A stretch of 64,000 nt of DNA from an uncultured delta proteobacterium (lineage in GTDB: Bacteria > Myxococcota_A > Polyangia > Palsa-1104). Shown here piece after piece: positions 1 through 14,885 of this stretch (within the stretch, counting starts at the first letter, position 1; each line of letters starts with the position of its first letter). Under the pieces are notes generated by a model, which saw only the letters and a list, made by a program, of their open reading frames with translations, searched no databases and was not told the origin of the DNA. The translations under genes were made by a program, and so were the position numbers. The stretch lies in NCBI GenBank assembly GCA_963785725.1, contig CAWAWS010000016.1, positions 64,001 through 128,000 on the forward strand. The letters run 5' to 3'.

Positions 1-1
1 C

Positions 2-88
2 GCGTACTACGCGGGCCAGAGCGGCGCCCCCGTGCAGAGCTCCGGTCAGGGCGTGCAGGGCAGCATCTACCTCTCGATCTGGTTCTAA
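2..88 (+). CDS. 3' end of a gene cut by the window edge; C-terminus resembles an outer-membrane beta-barrel protein
   Basis: Frame reads AYYAGQSGAPVQSSGQGVQGSIYLSIWF-stop; terminal aromatic residue and alternating hydrophobic strand. Confidence 0.5.
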   Translation, partial: AYYAGQSGAPVQSSGQGVQGSIYLSIWF

Positions 89-277
89 GCTCCCCTACTC
101 CAATCATCGTCGACGATCCGCGGCTGCTGCCGCGCCACTCGTCACGCCTGCAACGCCTCGTCCCCGCGAGCGCGCGACTGCCGGCAATGCTCGTCCGGTC
201 GCTGGCGCGGGACGCGCTGCACGCGTCGGCACAACGAGCGGACGTGGGCACCCGCGATCGAAGACGAGCGCCGCGGT

Positions 278-301
278 TGACGCGACGCGAGGGTCGCGTC
301 A
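278..301 (-). terminator. GC-rich hairpin at the stop codon of the small secreted-protein gene
   Basis: Perfect 9-bp inverted repeat TGACGCGAC-N6-GTCGCGTCA overlapping the TGA at 299-301; no clear U-tract. Confidence 0.3.
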
Positions 302-496
302 GCGGGCGGCGTAGATCGTCGGCCGCGCCGCGGTGCCGGCTTGGCGGCTGAAGCGGCGCAGCATCTTCTCGAGCGTCCGATAGTGGGTGACGGCGGCCGT
401 GCGCGGACGTGCGTTCGCCTCGGCGTGAGCCGGCGTGAGAAAGGCGGTGCAGGCGAGGACGACGACGAGCGCGACGAAGGCGGGAAGGCGCGACAT
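299..496 (-). CDS. Small secreted protein (65 aa), basic mature part
   Basis: Signal peptide ending AHA; AGGAG SD 8 nt upstream; extended -10 TGcGATAAT upstream; hairpin at stop. Confidence 0.6.
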   Translation of the reverse strand: MSRLPAFVALVVVLACTAFLTPAHAEANARPRTAAVTHYRTLEKMLRRFSRQAGTAARPTIYAAR

Positions 497-504
497 GGAT
501 GCGG

Positions 505-534
505 CTCCTGTAGGTCTTTACCTACATTATCGCA
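505..534 (-). promoter_or_regulatory. Extended -10 promoter, palindrome and SD of the 65-aa gene
   Basis: Minus strand TGcGATAAT (526-534), palindrome TGTAGGT-N4-ACCTACA (509-526), AGGAG (505-509). Confidence 0.5.
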
Positions 535-554
535 CCATGGGCTGAAGGCAAATT

Positions 555-926
555 TTAGTAGCGGAAGGCGTGCGCGCTCAGGTGGTTCAGGCCGAACGCC
601 CACGAAAGCAAGAACGAAACGACGCTCGTGATGATCGAGCCGAGGACGCAGGCGCCGAAGCCGTCGACCTCTACCCCGTCGACGATCTTGTCGGCGAGCC
701 AGAAGAGGAAGCCGTTGATGACGAGCATGAACAGGCCGAGCGTCAGCAGCAGCAACGGCAACGAGACGATGACCAGGATGAACTTCAGGAACACATTCAA
801 CAGCGCGAGCACCAACGCGAAAATCACTGCGCTGCCGAACGACTTGACACGAATTCCCGGGACGATGCGCGCGGCCATGAGGACTGCCAAGGCCGTGACG
901 AGAAGTTGAATGACGTAATGGAGCAT
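555..926 (-). CDS. Four-TM membrane protein, phage-holin superfamily IV / YvlD (DUF360)-like
   Basis: Motifs VPGIRV, LNVFLKFIL, LPLLLLTLGLF-LVING, VDGFG; AAGGAGG SD. Confidence 0.8.
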   Translation of the reverse strand: MLHYVIQLLVTALAVLMAARIVPGIRVKSFGSAVIFALVLALLNVFLKFILVIVSLPLLLLTLGLFMLVINGFLFWLADKIVDGVEVDGFGACVLGSIITSVVSFLLSWAFGLNHLSAHAFRY

Positions 927-974
927 CTGACCCTCCTTGGTGAGTGGAACGTGCGCGGGACGCGGACTATTTCG

Positions 975-3217
<2,243 letters not shown>

Positions 3218-3221
<4 letters not shown>

Positions 3222-3910
3222 ACGCGCTTTCCGAGCCCGCCCACGAGCGAGGCGAAGATCATCTTGCCGTCGTCGCCGCCGAGCACCGCTTCCGAGGCGC
3301 GCTCGGGATGCGGCATCAGCCCGACGACGTTGCCGCGAGCGTTGCACGTGCCGGCGATGTTGGCGATCGAGCCGTTGGGGTTGGCGCCCGCGCCTTCGCC
3401 GCCCGAGGCGTCGACATAGCGGAAGATGACGCGCCCTTCCTTTTCCAAGCTGGCGACGTCGTTGTGCACGAAGCGGCCTTCGGCGTGCGCGATCGGCATC
3501 TTCAAGACGCGACCGGCGGGAATGGCGCGCGTCCACGGCGTCTGCTTGCCTTCGACGAGCAGGTGCACGTCGCGGCATTCGAAGTGCAACGACGCGTTAC
3601 GCGTCAGCGCGCCGTCGAGCAAACCGGCCTCGCAGGCGATCTGGTAGCCGTTACAGATGGCGAGCACCGGGCCGCCGCCTTCGGCGAACTGCTTGACGGC
3701 GCCCATGATCGGCGAGTTGGCCGCCATGGCGCCGGCGCGCAAGTAGTCGCCGTACGAGAAGCCGCCGGGCAAAACGACCGCGTCGACGGCGCCGAGCGAC
3801 GTCTCTTTGTGCCACGCGAACCGGCCGCTGGCGCCGACGACGTTCTTGACGACGTGGAGCGCGTCGTCGTCGCAGTTGCTGCCGGGGAAGCGAACGACGA
3901 CGACGTTCAC
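3218..3910 (-). CDS. purQ: FGAM synthase glutaminase subunit PurQ
   Basis: [33 protein letters not shown] start overlapping purS stop. Confidence 0.97.
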
Positions 3911-4149
3911 TTCACGATCTCGTAGCGATATTCTTCGATGACGGTGTTGGCCAACAGCTTCTCGCACATCGACTTCAAGTGCGCGTCGACGTCGGCCACG
4001 CCATCCTCGAGCTGCACCTCGATGTACTTGCCGATGCGCGCGTCCTTGACCTCGGCGAAGCCGAGCCGGCCGAGCGCGCGCGCCACCGCTTGACCTTGCG
4101 GATCGAGCACGCCCGACTTCAACGTCACGTACACTTTGGCCTTCATCAT
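3907..4149 (-). CDS. purS: FGAM synthase subunit PurS
   Basis: VTLKSGVLDPQG, RIGKYIE, MCEKLLANTVIEEY. Confidence 0.96.
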   Translation of the reverse strand: MMKAKVYVTLKSGVLDPQGQAVARALGRLGFAEVKDARIGKYIEVQLEDGVADVDAHLKSMCEKLLANTVIEEYRYEIVK

Positions 4150-5114
4150 TTCTCCGTGATGCCGAGGTTCTTGCGGATGCGCGCCATCGGCTCTTCGGTG
4201 TTGGGCACGAACGTCTTGCCCGTGACCTGCTCGTAAGCGGCGATGTAGCGGCGCGCGGCTTCGATGCGCACGTCGTCGGGGATTTGCGGCGGCGTGCCCG
4301 TGCCGTTGTAGCCGTTGTCGACGTACCAGCGGCGCACGTACTCTTTGTCGAGGCTGCGCGGCTCTTCGCCTTTGGCCAAGCGCGCGTCGTAGTCGTCGCG
4401 GTACCAATAGCGCGACGAATCGGGCGTGTGGATCTCGTCGATGAACACGATGCGGCCGTCGGGCGTCTTGCCCAACTCGTACTTCGTGTCGACGAGGATG
4501 AGCCCGCGCTCGGCGGCGCGCTTTTGCCCGAACGCGAACAGCTCGAGGCACATCTTGGCCAGCTGATCGAACGTGTCGGCGTCGACGAGGCCGCGCTCGG
4601 CCAATTCGGCGCGCGTGACGTTCTCGTCGTGGCCGCCCTTCTCCGCTTTCGTCGTCGGCGTGAGGAGCGCGTGCGGCAGCGGCTGATTCTTCTTCATGCC
4701 GTCGGGCAACAATTCGCCGCCGAAGCTGCGCTGACCCGACTCGTAGTTGCGCCAGATCGACGTCTTGGTCACGCCCGTCAGATAGCCGCGCACGACCATC
4801 TCGACCGGCAGCGGCACGCACTCGATGGCGCGCGTCACGACCGGATCGGGCACGTTGATGATGTGATTGGGCGCTAGCGCCTTGGCATCTTCGAACCAGT
4901 GCGCCGCCAGCTGATTGAGCACTTGGCCCTTGAACGGGATGGTGCACAACACGACATCGAACGCGCTCAGGCGATCGCTGACGATGATGATGCGCTCGCC
5001 GTCCTTCGTGTAGTTGTCGCGAACCTTGCCTTCGTAATGCTTACCGAGGCTCGGGAAGTTGCATTCGGCGACGGTGCGAGCGAGCTGGGCGCGGAGAATG
5101 TCTTCGGTGATCAT
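4146..5114 (-). CDS. purC: SAICAR synthetase
   Basis: [50 protein letters not shown]; start overlaps purB stop. Confidence 0.97.
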   Translation of the reverse strand: MITEDILRAQLARTVAECNFPSLGKHYEGKVRDNYTKDGERIIIVSDRLSAFDVVLCTIPFKGQVLNQLAAHWFEDAKALAPNHIINVPDPVVTRAIECVPLPVEMVVRGYLTGVTKTSIWRNYESGQRSFGGELLPDGMKKNQPLPHALLTPTTKAEKGGHDENVTRAELAERGLVDADTFDQLAKMCLELFAFGQKRAAERGLILVDTKYELGKTPDGRIVFIDEIHTPDSSRYWYRDDYDARLAKGEEPRSLDKEYVRRWYVDNGYNGTGTPPQIPDDVRIEAARRYIAAYEQVTGKTFVPNTEEPMARIRKNLGITEK

Positions 5115-6424
5115 GCGTCTTCCTTGTCCGAGAGTGCGCGGTCGATGATGTGATCGGCGTGGCGCAGGTGATGGGCGAGATCGAAGGCGGCATCGAGCGT
5201 GGCCGCCGACAGCCGTGATTTGACGTCGAGGTCGGCGGCGAGCAGCGACTTGAAGTCGCCGCCTTCGTCGCGTGCGCGAAGTGCGGAACGCTGCACGATT
5301 TCGTAGGCCGTCTGGCGCGGCAAGCCGGTGCGCACGAGCGCCAGCATGACGCCTTCGGAGAAGATGAGCCCGCCCGTCAGCTGCAGGTTCTTCTGCATCC
5401 GATCTTTGTGCACCACTAAGCCCTCGACGAGGCCGGCGCAGCGACGGAGCATGAAGTCGGCGAGCGACGTGGCGTCGGGCGCGATCATGCGCTCCACCGA
5501 CGAGTGCGAGATGTCGCGCTCGTGCCACAGCGCGACGTTCTCGAGCGCCGGCACGACATAGCCGCGCAGCATGCGCGCCAGGCCGGTCAAATTCTCCGAC
5601 AGGATCGGGTTCTTCTTGTGCGGCATCGCCGAGCTGCCTTTTTGGCCCTTGCCGAACGCCTCTTCCGCCTCGCCGACCTCGGTGCGCTGCCAATGCCGCA
5701 CCTGCAGCGCCAGCTTCTCGACGAACGCGCCGAGCTGCGCCAGCGCCGCGAACAGCTCGGCGTGACGATCGCGCTGCACGATCTGCGTCGCCACCGTTTC
5801 GGCGCGTAATCCCAGTGCCGCCAGCGCTTCCGCTTCGACGGCCGGCGACACGTTGGCGTAGGTCCCGACGGCGCCGGCGATCTTGCCGACGGCGATCGTC
5901 GCCCGCGCGGCAGCCAGGCGACGGCGATTGCGGCGCGCCTCGGCGTAGGCGCCGGCGAAGACGACGCCGAGCGTGACCGGCTCGGCGTGAATGCCGTGCG
6001 AGCGGCCGATCATGGCCGTGTGGCGATGCTCGTCGGCGCGCTTGCGCAAGGCCGCGATGACGAGCCCGAGCGCGGCGTCGACTTCCTCGGTGGCCGCGAC
6101 GAGCAGCAAGGCCAGCGACGTGTCGAGCACGTCGGACGAGGTCATGCCGAGATGCAGCCAGCGCGCGTCCTCACCGGCCAACTCCTCGACGTGCGTCAGA
6201 AACGCGATGACGTCGTGGCGCGTGCGCTCTTCGATCTCCAAGATGCGCGCGGGGTTCAGCTTGCCTTCCGCTCTTTCGCGCACGCGATCGGCGGTGCCGG
6301 CGGGGACGCTGCCTTCGTGCTCCATGGCGCGACAAGCGGCGAGCTCGACGGTGAGCCAGGTGTCGAAGCGGCGCTGATCGCTCCACAGAGCGCGTAATTC
6401 TTTACGAGAGTATCTGTCGATCAT
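5111..6424 (-). CDS. purB: Adenylosuccinate lyase
   Basis: [50 protein letters not shown]. Confidence 0.98.
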   Translation of the reverse strand: MIDRYSRKELRALWSDQRRFDTWLTVELAACRAMEHEGSVPAGTADRVRERAEGKLNPARILEIEERTRHDVIAFLTHVEELAGEDARWLHLGMTSSDVLDTSLALLLVAATEEVDAALGLVIAALRKRADEHRHTAMIGRSHGIHAEPVTLGVVFAGAYAEARRNRRRLAAARATIAVGKIAGAVGTYANVSPAVEAEALAALGLRAETVATQIVQRDRHAELFAALAQLGAFVEKLALQVRHWQRTEVGEAEEAFGKGQKGSSAMPHKKNPILSENLTGLARMLRGYVVPALENVALWHERDISHSSVERMIAPDATSLADFMLRRCAGLVEGLVVHKDRMQKNLQLTGGLIFSEGVMLALVRTGLPRQTAYEIVQRSALRARDEGGDFKSLLAADLDVKSRLSAATLDAAFDLAHHLRHADHIIDRALSDKEDA

Positions 6425-7238
6425 TCTGACTCGCTGAGAAGGGAAAAGAGAGCTGCTCGTTGCGCATGGGCTCGATGCGGACGCGGCCGCCTTCGATGAC
6501 GAAGATGGGCGTGCCGCGACCGGTGGCGGCGATGACGCGACCGCCGCGGCCGAGCACGCGAGCGAGCGCGCTCTTGGCCAGCGTCGGACGATTATTCGCC
6601 GATGAGATATGCGCCGCGATGACGACTTTGGGCGCCGGGCCGGCCTGCATCATCATGCCGAGGAGCGACGCCGACTGCTCGTTCGACAGGTGGCCGAGCC
6701 GGCCGCCGACCCGCCGCTTCAGCGACGGCGGATACGGCCCGTAGCGCAGCATCGTGACGTCGTGGTTGGCTTCGAGCGCGAGGACGTCGCAGCCGGCGAA
6801 CGCCGTCGCGACGTCGGGCGCGTCGTGGCCGCAGTCGGTCAACACGCCCACCTTCGCCTCGCCGTCGGACAAGACGTAACCCACGGTCTCGACGGCGTCG
6901 TGCGGCAAAAGGACGGGCATCACCGTCAGCGCGCCGATCGTAAACGGCTGGCCGGCGCGCACCAACGTCGCCTCGACGCGGATCGCCAGCCGCGTGCCGG
7001 CAGTGGCGAAGAGGGGTCGACCGATGGTGGCGGCGTAGCGGGCATGATCGTTGTGGTCGTGCGTGACCAAGACGGCGTCGATGCGGTCGACGGAGACGGC
7101 GCCGCGCGACGGCAGCTTCTCCAAGCGGCGATCGATCTCCGCCTTGCACAGCCCGGCGTCGACGAGCACGCGCGTCTCCCCGCTTTCGACATATGCGACA
7201 TTGCCGGACGAACCGCTTCCGAGCAGGGAGAACCGCAT
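6402..7238 (-). CDS. MBL-fold metallo-hydrolase, YycJ/WalJ-like
   Basis: [44 protein letters not shown]. Confidence 0.85.
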   Translation of the reverse strand: MRFSLLGSGSSGNVAYVESGETRVLVDAGLCKAEIDRRLEKLPSRGAVSVDRIDAVLVTHDHNDHARYAATIGRPLFATAGTRLAIRVEATLVRAGQPFTIGALTVMPVLLPHDAVETVGYVLSDGEAKVGVLTDCGHDAPDVATAFAGCDVLALEANHDVTMLRYGPYPPSLKRRVGGRLGHLSNEQSASLLGMMMQAGPAPKVVIAAHISSANNRPTLAKSALARVLGRGGRVIAATGRGTPIFVIEGGRVRIEPMRNEQLSFPFSASQNDRQILS

Positions 7239-7323
7239 CGGCGAGGACACCTATAGCAAACGAGCACCCGAATGACCAGGCCGGCGACCGAGAAATTTGA
7301 CGCCCTGAGACGTAAATGCCTCG

Positions 7324-9978
7324 TTAATGCTTGGCGACGGGCGCGGGATCGGCGCAGCAGCGGAAACCGACGGACGTCCCGCCCTCTTTCGGCGGGTTGC
7401 GCACGACCGACGAGCAGCGCGTCTCCTTCGGCGATTGCCGCACCGAGCCGCCCTTTTGCGCGCCGGAAGCGACCCATTCCGCGACGTTGCCGATCATGTC
7501 GTAGACGCCCGAGGCCGACTTGCAGCTGGCGAATTTGCCGGTGGCGACGATGTCGTTGGCGCCCGACTTCGTGTTGCAGCGCGTGGGATCGAACGTGTCG
7601 CCGTAGGGGAAACTGGCGCCGCTCTTGCCGCGGCAGGCGTGCTCCCATTCGGCCTCGCCGCACAGCCGTTCGCCGCGCGCGGCGCAGATGTGGCTGGCCT
7701 CGGGGAAGCTGATCGTCGTGCGCGGGATCGTGTTGCCGCCCGGGTATTCGTAGGCGTCGATGCAGAATGGCTTGGGGCCGGCGACGAGCTTGGCGCCGAG
7801 CGGGCAGACGCCGGCGCGCGGCAAGACGGTGTCGAGCGGCTCGGCGTGCGTCTTGATCGGCGTGCCCGCGGCCGCGGCGGCCGCCGCGCCTTTGACGCTG
7901 GCGTGCAGCGGATCGCGCGCCTGCGACTGCGCTTGCGCGTTCAGCGAGTCGGCCACGCGCTGCTTTTCCAGCCGCTCCTCCTCGAGGTGCTGCTGACCGA
8001 GCCACTGCGAGATGCCGAACGTGATGCCCACCGCCGCCACGATCCCGATGATGACCACCAGCGCCATCGTCGGCAGCGACGAGCGACGCCGTAGATCGAT
8101 CGCCGTCACTTCGATCGGCGTCGAGCGTTTGCGCTTGCCGTTCTGCGTCTGCAGCGCCTCGGGCGGCGGCAGCGCTTGCACCGCATCGGCCGTCACCGCC
8201 GGGTCGAACGGATTGCGCCGTTTGCGCGGCTCGAGCGCCGGCTGCTTCGGCGGCACTTCGTTCGTGTCGACATGATCGGCCGACAGGTCGTCGTCGAGCT
8301 CGTCCGGCGTCGCGAACGCGCTCGTCCGCGGCGGCGGCGGCTCCAGCTTCAGCGACGGCGACTCGGCGATCGGCAGCGCGGCCGGCGCCGGCGGCGGCAA
8401 GCTCACGGGCGGCAGCGGCTCCTGGACTTCGACCGGCAGCTCGTGCACTTCGATGGTCGGCTCGCGGTCGGTCAGCGGCGGCCGGCTCGACTCGATGGCG
8501 ATCTTGGGCGGCGACGTGTAGCCGGGCGGCGGCAGCGGCGTCAGATGCGGCGACGGCGGTGACGGCGGCGGCAGCGGTGTCAAGCTGTCGTCCGGCGCCG
8601 GGCTCAGCTTCTTGACGCGGCGGGTGTCGACGTCGTCGTGGCTGACGACCTCGTCGTCGAGCGGCGGCGGCGAGTTGTTGTCGACGAGCCGCGGCACCTG
8701 CGCCGTCTTGGCCCCGTCGTGCTCGAGCAGCAGCACCTGATCCGTCGACAACTCCTCGTCGGGCGCGAACGGGTCGACCGACTCCGCCCGCGGTCGCGAC
8801 GGCGGCGGCGCCGACGGCTTGGTGTCGTCGGTCTTCACCGGCGGCGGCGGCGGCTCGGGCTGCGGCGGCGGGCGATCGAGCGTCAGCTCGTCGTAATTGC
8901 GCGCCGCGACGTCGTCGCGCTCCTCCTCCAGCAGCTGCTGCTTCTCGAACGGCTGCGTCTCCGACGAGGCCACGCGCAGCGAGAAGATCTCGTCGAGCGG
9001 CACTTGCCGCGTGATCTGATCGCCCTTGAGCAGCGCCAGCTCGTCCTCGTCGATCATGCGCGTCGTCTCTTGCGACGGCGGGCGCACGTCGTCGGGGCTG
9101 GGCACGCGCGCCGTCGAGTCGTCGAGCCGCGGCAGCGCCGAGACCCGATGGCGCTCCGAGCGATCGTTGTAGATCGGCGTGCCGATGGGCGGCGTCGGCC
9201 GTCGCAGCGGCTTCAACGGCTGTCCGCTCAGCGCCGCTTCCAGCTCCTGCGCCAGCGCGTCGATGCTGGCGTGACGGACGAGCGGATCGTCGGCCAGCGC
9301 GCGCTGCAGCACCGTCGCCAGCGGCTTCGACGGCGACGGCACGGCCTTCCAATCGCCGCCGCCGGTCAGCATCTCGACGAGCACCATCGCCAGCGAGTAG
9401 ACGTCGGCGCGCGAATCGACCGTGGCGCCGTTGCGCAGTTCGGGCGGCAAGCGGCCGAACGTCGCCGCTTCGCGCGCCGCTTCCAGGAACAGCTTGCGCG
9501 GCAGCGCCGGTCCGATGCCGACGTTCGACACCTTGAGCACTTGGCCCATCAAGACGCAGCCGTCGGCGTGCACGTCGCCCAAGACGACGCCGTGCTGATG
9601 CGCGTGCGTCATCGCCGCCGCCACTTGCGCGATGAGCGGCCGCGCCTCCTCGACGGTAAACGGCTGATGCGACGCGCTCTCGGCCAGCGTCTGCCCGGGC
9701 GCCCACTGCACCGCGATGACGACCTCGTCCGCCGTCGGATAGATGCCGAAGACGCGCACCAGATTCGGATGCGAGAAGGCGCGCGCGCGGCCCATTCGCT
9801 GCACGAACGCCGTCCGCGCCGCGTCGTCGGGCAGGACGTTGTGGCCGATGACGCGCAAGGTGACGTCGACGCCGATCTCGCGCTCGCGGGCGCGATACAA
9901 GACGCCGAGCGGGCTGCCGCCCAAGGTGGCTTGCACCTCGTAGCGTCCCGCGACGACATCTCCGACGACGAACGGCAC
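7324..9978 (-). CDS. Membrane protein: Hanks-type pseudokinase, Pro/acidic linker, TM helix, FGE/sulfatase-modifying-factor-like domain
   Basis: Kinase fold (RYEV, HPNLVRV, PPE, ADVYSL, EMLTG) with degenerate catalytic motifs; TM ALVVIIGIVAAVGITFGI; RLCGEAEWEHACRG, GVYDMIGNVAEW, VGFRCC. Confidence 0.85.
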   Translation of the reverse strand: MPFVVGDVVAGRYEVQATLGGSPLGVLYRAREREIGVDVTLRVIGHNVLPDDAARTAFVQRMGRARAFSHPNLVRVFGIYPTADEVVIAVQWAPGQTLAESASHQPFTVEEARPLIAQVAAAMTHAHQHGVVLGDVHADGCVLMGQVLKVSNVGIGPALPRKLFLEAAREAATFGRLPPELRNGATVDSRADVYSLAMVLVEMLTGGGDWKAVPSPSKPLATVLQRALADDPLVRHASIDALAQELEAALSGQPLKPLRRPTPPIGTPIYNDRSERHRVSALPRLDDSTARVPSPDDVRPPSQETTRMIDEDELALLKGDQITRQVPLDEIFSLRVASSETQPFEKQQLLEEERDDVAARNYDELTLDRPPPQPEPPPPPVKTDDTKPSAPPPSRPRAESVDPFAPDEELSTDQVLLLEHDGAKTAQVPRLVDNNSPPPLDDEVVSHDDVDTRRVKKLSPAPDDSLTPLPPPSPPSPHLTPLPPPGYTSPPKIAIESSRPPLTDREPTIEVHELPVEVQEPLPPVSLPPPAPAALPIAESPSLKLEPPPPRTSAFATPDELDDDLSADHVDTNEVPPKQPALEPRKRRNPFDPAVTADAVQALPPPEALQTQNGKRKRSTPIEVTAIDLRRRSSLPTMALVVIIGIVAAVGITFGISQWLGQQHLEEERLEKQRVADSLNAQAQSQARDPLHASVKGAAAAAAAGTPIKTHAEPLDTVLPRAGVCPLGAKLVAGPKPFCIDAYEYPGGNTIPRTTISFPEASHICAARGERLCGEAEWEHACRGKSGASFPYGDTFDPTRCNTKSGANDIVATGKFASCKSASGVYDMIGNVAEWVASGAQKGGSVRQSPKETRCSSVVRNPPKEGGTSVGFRCCADPAPVAKH

Positions 9979-9981
9979 GCT

Positions 9982-10425
9982 TTATCGGCCCGTGTGCCCG
10001 TAGCCGCCGGCGCCGCGCACGGTCTCGTCCAGCGTCGCCTGCTCGTCGAGCCGCACGCGCGCCACCGCCGCAATCACCAACTGCGCGATCCGCTCGCCCG
10101 ACTTCACGACGAACGGCTCACGCCCATGGTTAATCAATAAGACTTTGATTTCACCGCGATAATCCTCGTCGATCGTGCCCGGCGAGTTGAGCACGGTGAT
10201 GCCGTGTTTCAACGCCAAGCCCGAGCGCGGCCGCACCTGCGCCTCGTAGCCGCGCGGCAACGCGATGGCCACGCCCGAGCCGACGAGCTGACGCTCGCCG
10301 GGGGCGATGGTGACATCAGAGTCGACGGACGCGGCCAGGTCCATCCCGGCCGCGCCGTCGCTCATGTATCGGGGAAGTATCGCGCCTTCACGCAGGCGCT
10401 GGATGCGCACCACAGGTTGGTCCAC
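9982..10425 (-). CDS. dut: dUTP pyrophosphatase
   Basis: [41 protein letters not shown]. Confidence 0.97.
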   Translation of the reverse strand: MDQPVVRIQRLREGAILPRYMSDGAAGMDLAASVDSDVTIAPGERQLVGSGVAIALPRGYEAQVRPRSGLALKHGITVLNSPGTIDEDYRGEIKVLLINHGREPFVVKSGERIAQLVIAAVARVRLDEQATLDETVRGAGGYGHTGR

Positions 10426-10445
10426 GGCGCGCGACTGTACAGAAA

Positions 10446-12593
<2,148 letters not shown>

Positions 12594-12598
12594 ATGCA

Positions 12599-12712
12599 CT
12601 CCCTTTGTGAGGGAGCCGGCGGCGAGATGAGTCCTTCAGCGCTGGACCCGCGTCAGGACGCGGCCGAGCGACGAGGGCGCACCGCTGGAGGGCTTACCGG
12701 CGCCGCCAGCTC
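12599..12712 (-). promoter_or_regulatory. Structured rpsO-pnp intergenic leader: long stem plus SD-sequestering hairpin
   Basis: Nested complementary arms 12613-12624/12701-12712 and 12630-12641/12683-12694, inner hairpin 12648-12663, and CTCCCT/AGGGAG hairpin 12599-12615. Confidence 0.6.
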
Positions 12713-12720
12713 GGTGAGAC

Positions 12721-12987
12721 TTACTTACGGATGCCCAGGGTCGCGATCAACGAGCGATAACGCTCGAGGTGCCGGCGCTTCAAGTAATCGAGCAGACGAC
12801 GGCGCTGGCTGACCATCTTCAAGAGGCCGCGACGCGAATGGTGATCCTTCACGTGCGTCTTGAAGTGCTCGGTCAGGTAGTTGATGCGCTCCGAGAGCAG
12901 CGCGACCTGAACTTCCGGCGAGCCGGTGTCGACGTTGTGGGTCGCGAACTTGGTGATGACGTCTTTCTTACGTTGCGTAGCGAGCAT
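12721..12987 (-). CDS. rpsO: 30S ribosomal protein S15
   Basis: [38 protein letters not shown]. Confidence 0.98.
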   Translation of the reverse strand: MLATQRKKDVITKFATHNVDTGSPEVQVALLSERINYLTEHFKTHVKDHHSRRGLLKMVSQRRRLLDYLKRRHLERYRSLIATLGIRK

Positions 12988-13028
12988 GCGAAATTCCTTC
13001 TTCGTGTTCTCGGTTTTTTGAGACGTGC

Positions 13029-13057
13029 TTTTTGGCAAGAAACAGGCGATTTGTCAA
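13029..13057 (-). promoter_or_regulatory. Putative sigma70 promoter of rpsO
   Basis: TTGACA (overlapping truB TGA)-17 nt-CAAAAA with TGn extension; weak -10. Confidence 0.4.
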
Positions 13058-13917
13058 CAAAATACACGCGCGAGCGTCAGTCGTCCCTCGTCCACCTTGG
13101 CGACGGCGATGAGCATGCCATCAGGTCCGAGCAGACGCACGTGCTCGTGAGCGCCTTCTGGTACCACCAAAGCTTCGATGACGCGCACTTTTCCGTCACG
13201 CACGTCGCGAACTTGCTCGGCGGCGAGCTGCAACGACGCGTGATCGGCGAGCGCGTCGGCCGGGCTCATGAGCGGCATCGTCGGCGACAGCGCGTCTGGC
13301 GCGACCGCCGTCGCCAGCGTGAAGGCGCCGACGCGGGTGCGCCGGAGCGCCGTCATGTGCGCGCCAACGCCTAGCGCCGCGCCCAGATCGGCGATCAGCG
13401 AGCGAATATAGGTGCCCTTGCCGCAGCGGATGTGCAGAGCCAGCGTCGGGCTCGAAAACGCCGTCAACGTCAGTGAATGCACGATGATGGGCCGCTCGAC
13501 ACGCTCGACTTCGATGCCCTGCCGCGCCAGGTCGTAGAGCCGCTGGCCGTTGACCTTGAGCGCCGAGTGCATCGGCGGACGCTGCAGGATGGGCCCGCGG
13601 AAGGCCGCCAAGGCCGCTTCGACGTCGGCCCGGCCAATCCCCGCCGCGTCCATCTCCGACGTCACCTTGCCCTCGGCATCGAGCGTGTCGGTGGTGACGC
13701 CGAGGCGCGCTTCGGCTTCGTACTCTTTGTCGCCGCCCATCAAGAACGGCACGAGCTTGGTGGCGTCGCCGACGCAGACGGGCAGGACGCCGGTTGCCAG
13801 CGGATCGAGCGTGCCGGCGTGGCCGACGCGGCGGACGCCGAGCGCGCGACGGGTGGCGGCGACGACGTCGAACGAGGTGACGCCGCGCGGCTTGTCGACG
13901 ACGAGGACGCCGTTCAT
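13054..13917 (-). CDS. truB: tRNA pseudouridine(55) synthase
   Basis: VDKPRGVTSFDVV, GHAGTLDPLATGVL, PPMHSALK, KGTYIRSL. Confidence 0.97.
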   Translation of the reverse strand: MNGVLVVDKPRGVTSFDVVAATRRALGVRRVGHAGTLDPLATGVLPVCVGDATKLVPFLMGGDKEYEAEARLGVTTDTLDAEGKVTSEMDAAGIGRADVEAALAAFRGPILQRPPMHSALKVNGQRLYDLARQGIEVERVERPIIVHSLTLTAFSSPTLALHIRCGKGTYIRSLIADLGAALGVGAHMTALRRTRVGAFTLATAVAPDALSPTMPLMSPADALADHASLQLAAEQVRDVRDGKVRVIEALVVPEGAHEHVRLLGPDGMLIAVAKVDEGRLTLARVFC

Positions 13918-14885
13918 GCGAGCCGCGCCAGCGCGGCCAAGAGCGCCGTGCGCGCGTTCTCGACCGTGCCGGGCACGAAGCAGCCGGCGGCCGCGCGATG
14001 GCCGCCGCCGCCGAAGCTCTCGGCCACGGCACCGACGTCGACGTCGCCTTTGCTGCGTAAGCTCAAGCGGACGCCGTCGGGCTGCTCGAAGAACATGCAG
14101 CCGACTTCGACGCCTTCGAGGCCGCGCGCGTACGAGACGAGCCCTTCGGCCCACTCGGTGACGGCGCCGACCTCGGTCAGCGTCGAGCGCGCCAGCGTCA
14201 GAAACGCCGTGCGCCCGACAATCTCGAGCGTATCGAACACGCGCGCCATCAGCTTCAGGCGCGCCACGGGATGCGCCTCCTCGCTCTGCCGCGCAAAATC
14301 CCACGGCACGGCGCCCGCTTGCACGCACGCCGTCGCCAGCTGCATCGTCTCGGCGTCGGTCGACGAGTAGCGGAACCAGCCGGTGTCGGACACGAGCGAG
14401 CACCAAATGCACTCGGCAATCGGCTTCGTCAGCGGCACGCCGAGCGCCGTCAAGAGGCGCGCGACGATGACGCCGACCGCCGCCGCGTCCGGGTCGCGCA
14501 CGACGAGATCGCCGAACGGCCGGGACGCCGCGTGATGGTCGAGCACGATGAGCGGCCCGCGCACCGACGACGGCGGAAACTCCGGGCCGAGCAGGTGCGC
14601 GTCGCCGCAGTCGTGCACGATGGCGGCGTCGAACGGCCCCGCCGGCGGCGTCGTGACGACCTCGAGCGCGCCGGGCAAGAACGCGAGCCGATCGGGCGCC
14701 GGATCGCGATCGTAGATGACGACCTCTTTGCCGAGCGCCCGTAAGCCGTGCGCCGTCGCCAACATCGAGCCCAGCGCGTCGCCGTCGGGGCGCGCGTGGC
14801 CGCCGACGAGAAAGCGGCGCCCGGCGCGGATGAGCCGCACGACTTCGGCGAACGACGCGGCCAATGGCGAGGACGGCGACGTCAT
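13914..14885 (-). CDS. nrnA: DHH/DHHA1 phosphoesterase (nanoRNase/pAp phosphatase NrnA-like)
   Basis: HARPDGDALGS, LDHH, SDTGWFRYSST, SLRS, GGGGHRAAAG; usual position between rbfA and truB. Confidence 0.85.
   Translation of the reverse strand: MTSPSSPLAASFAEVVRLIRAGRRFLVGGHARPDGDALGSMLATAHGLRALGKEVVIYDRDPAPDRLAFLPGALEVVTTPPAGPFDAAIVHDCGDAHLLGPEFPPSSVRGPLIVLDHHAASRPFGDLVVRDPDAAAVGVIVARLLTALGVPLTKPIAECIWCSLVSDTGWFRYSSTDAETMQLATACVQAGAVPWDFARQSEEAHPVARLKLMARVFDTLEIVGRTAFLTLARSTLTEVGAVTEWAEGLVSYARGLEGVEVGCMFFEQPDGVRLSLRSKGDVDVGAVAESFGGGGHRAAAGCFVPGTVENARTALLAALARLA

Noticed and set aside
555..926. Holin-family gene as evidence of a prophage
   Set aside because: No endolysin, integrase or structural genes nearby; this family is common as a stand-alone chromosomal gene
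6425..7323. Purine riboswitch or leader for the pur genes
   Set aside because: purB overlaps the upstream MBL gene and no structured leader is visible
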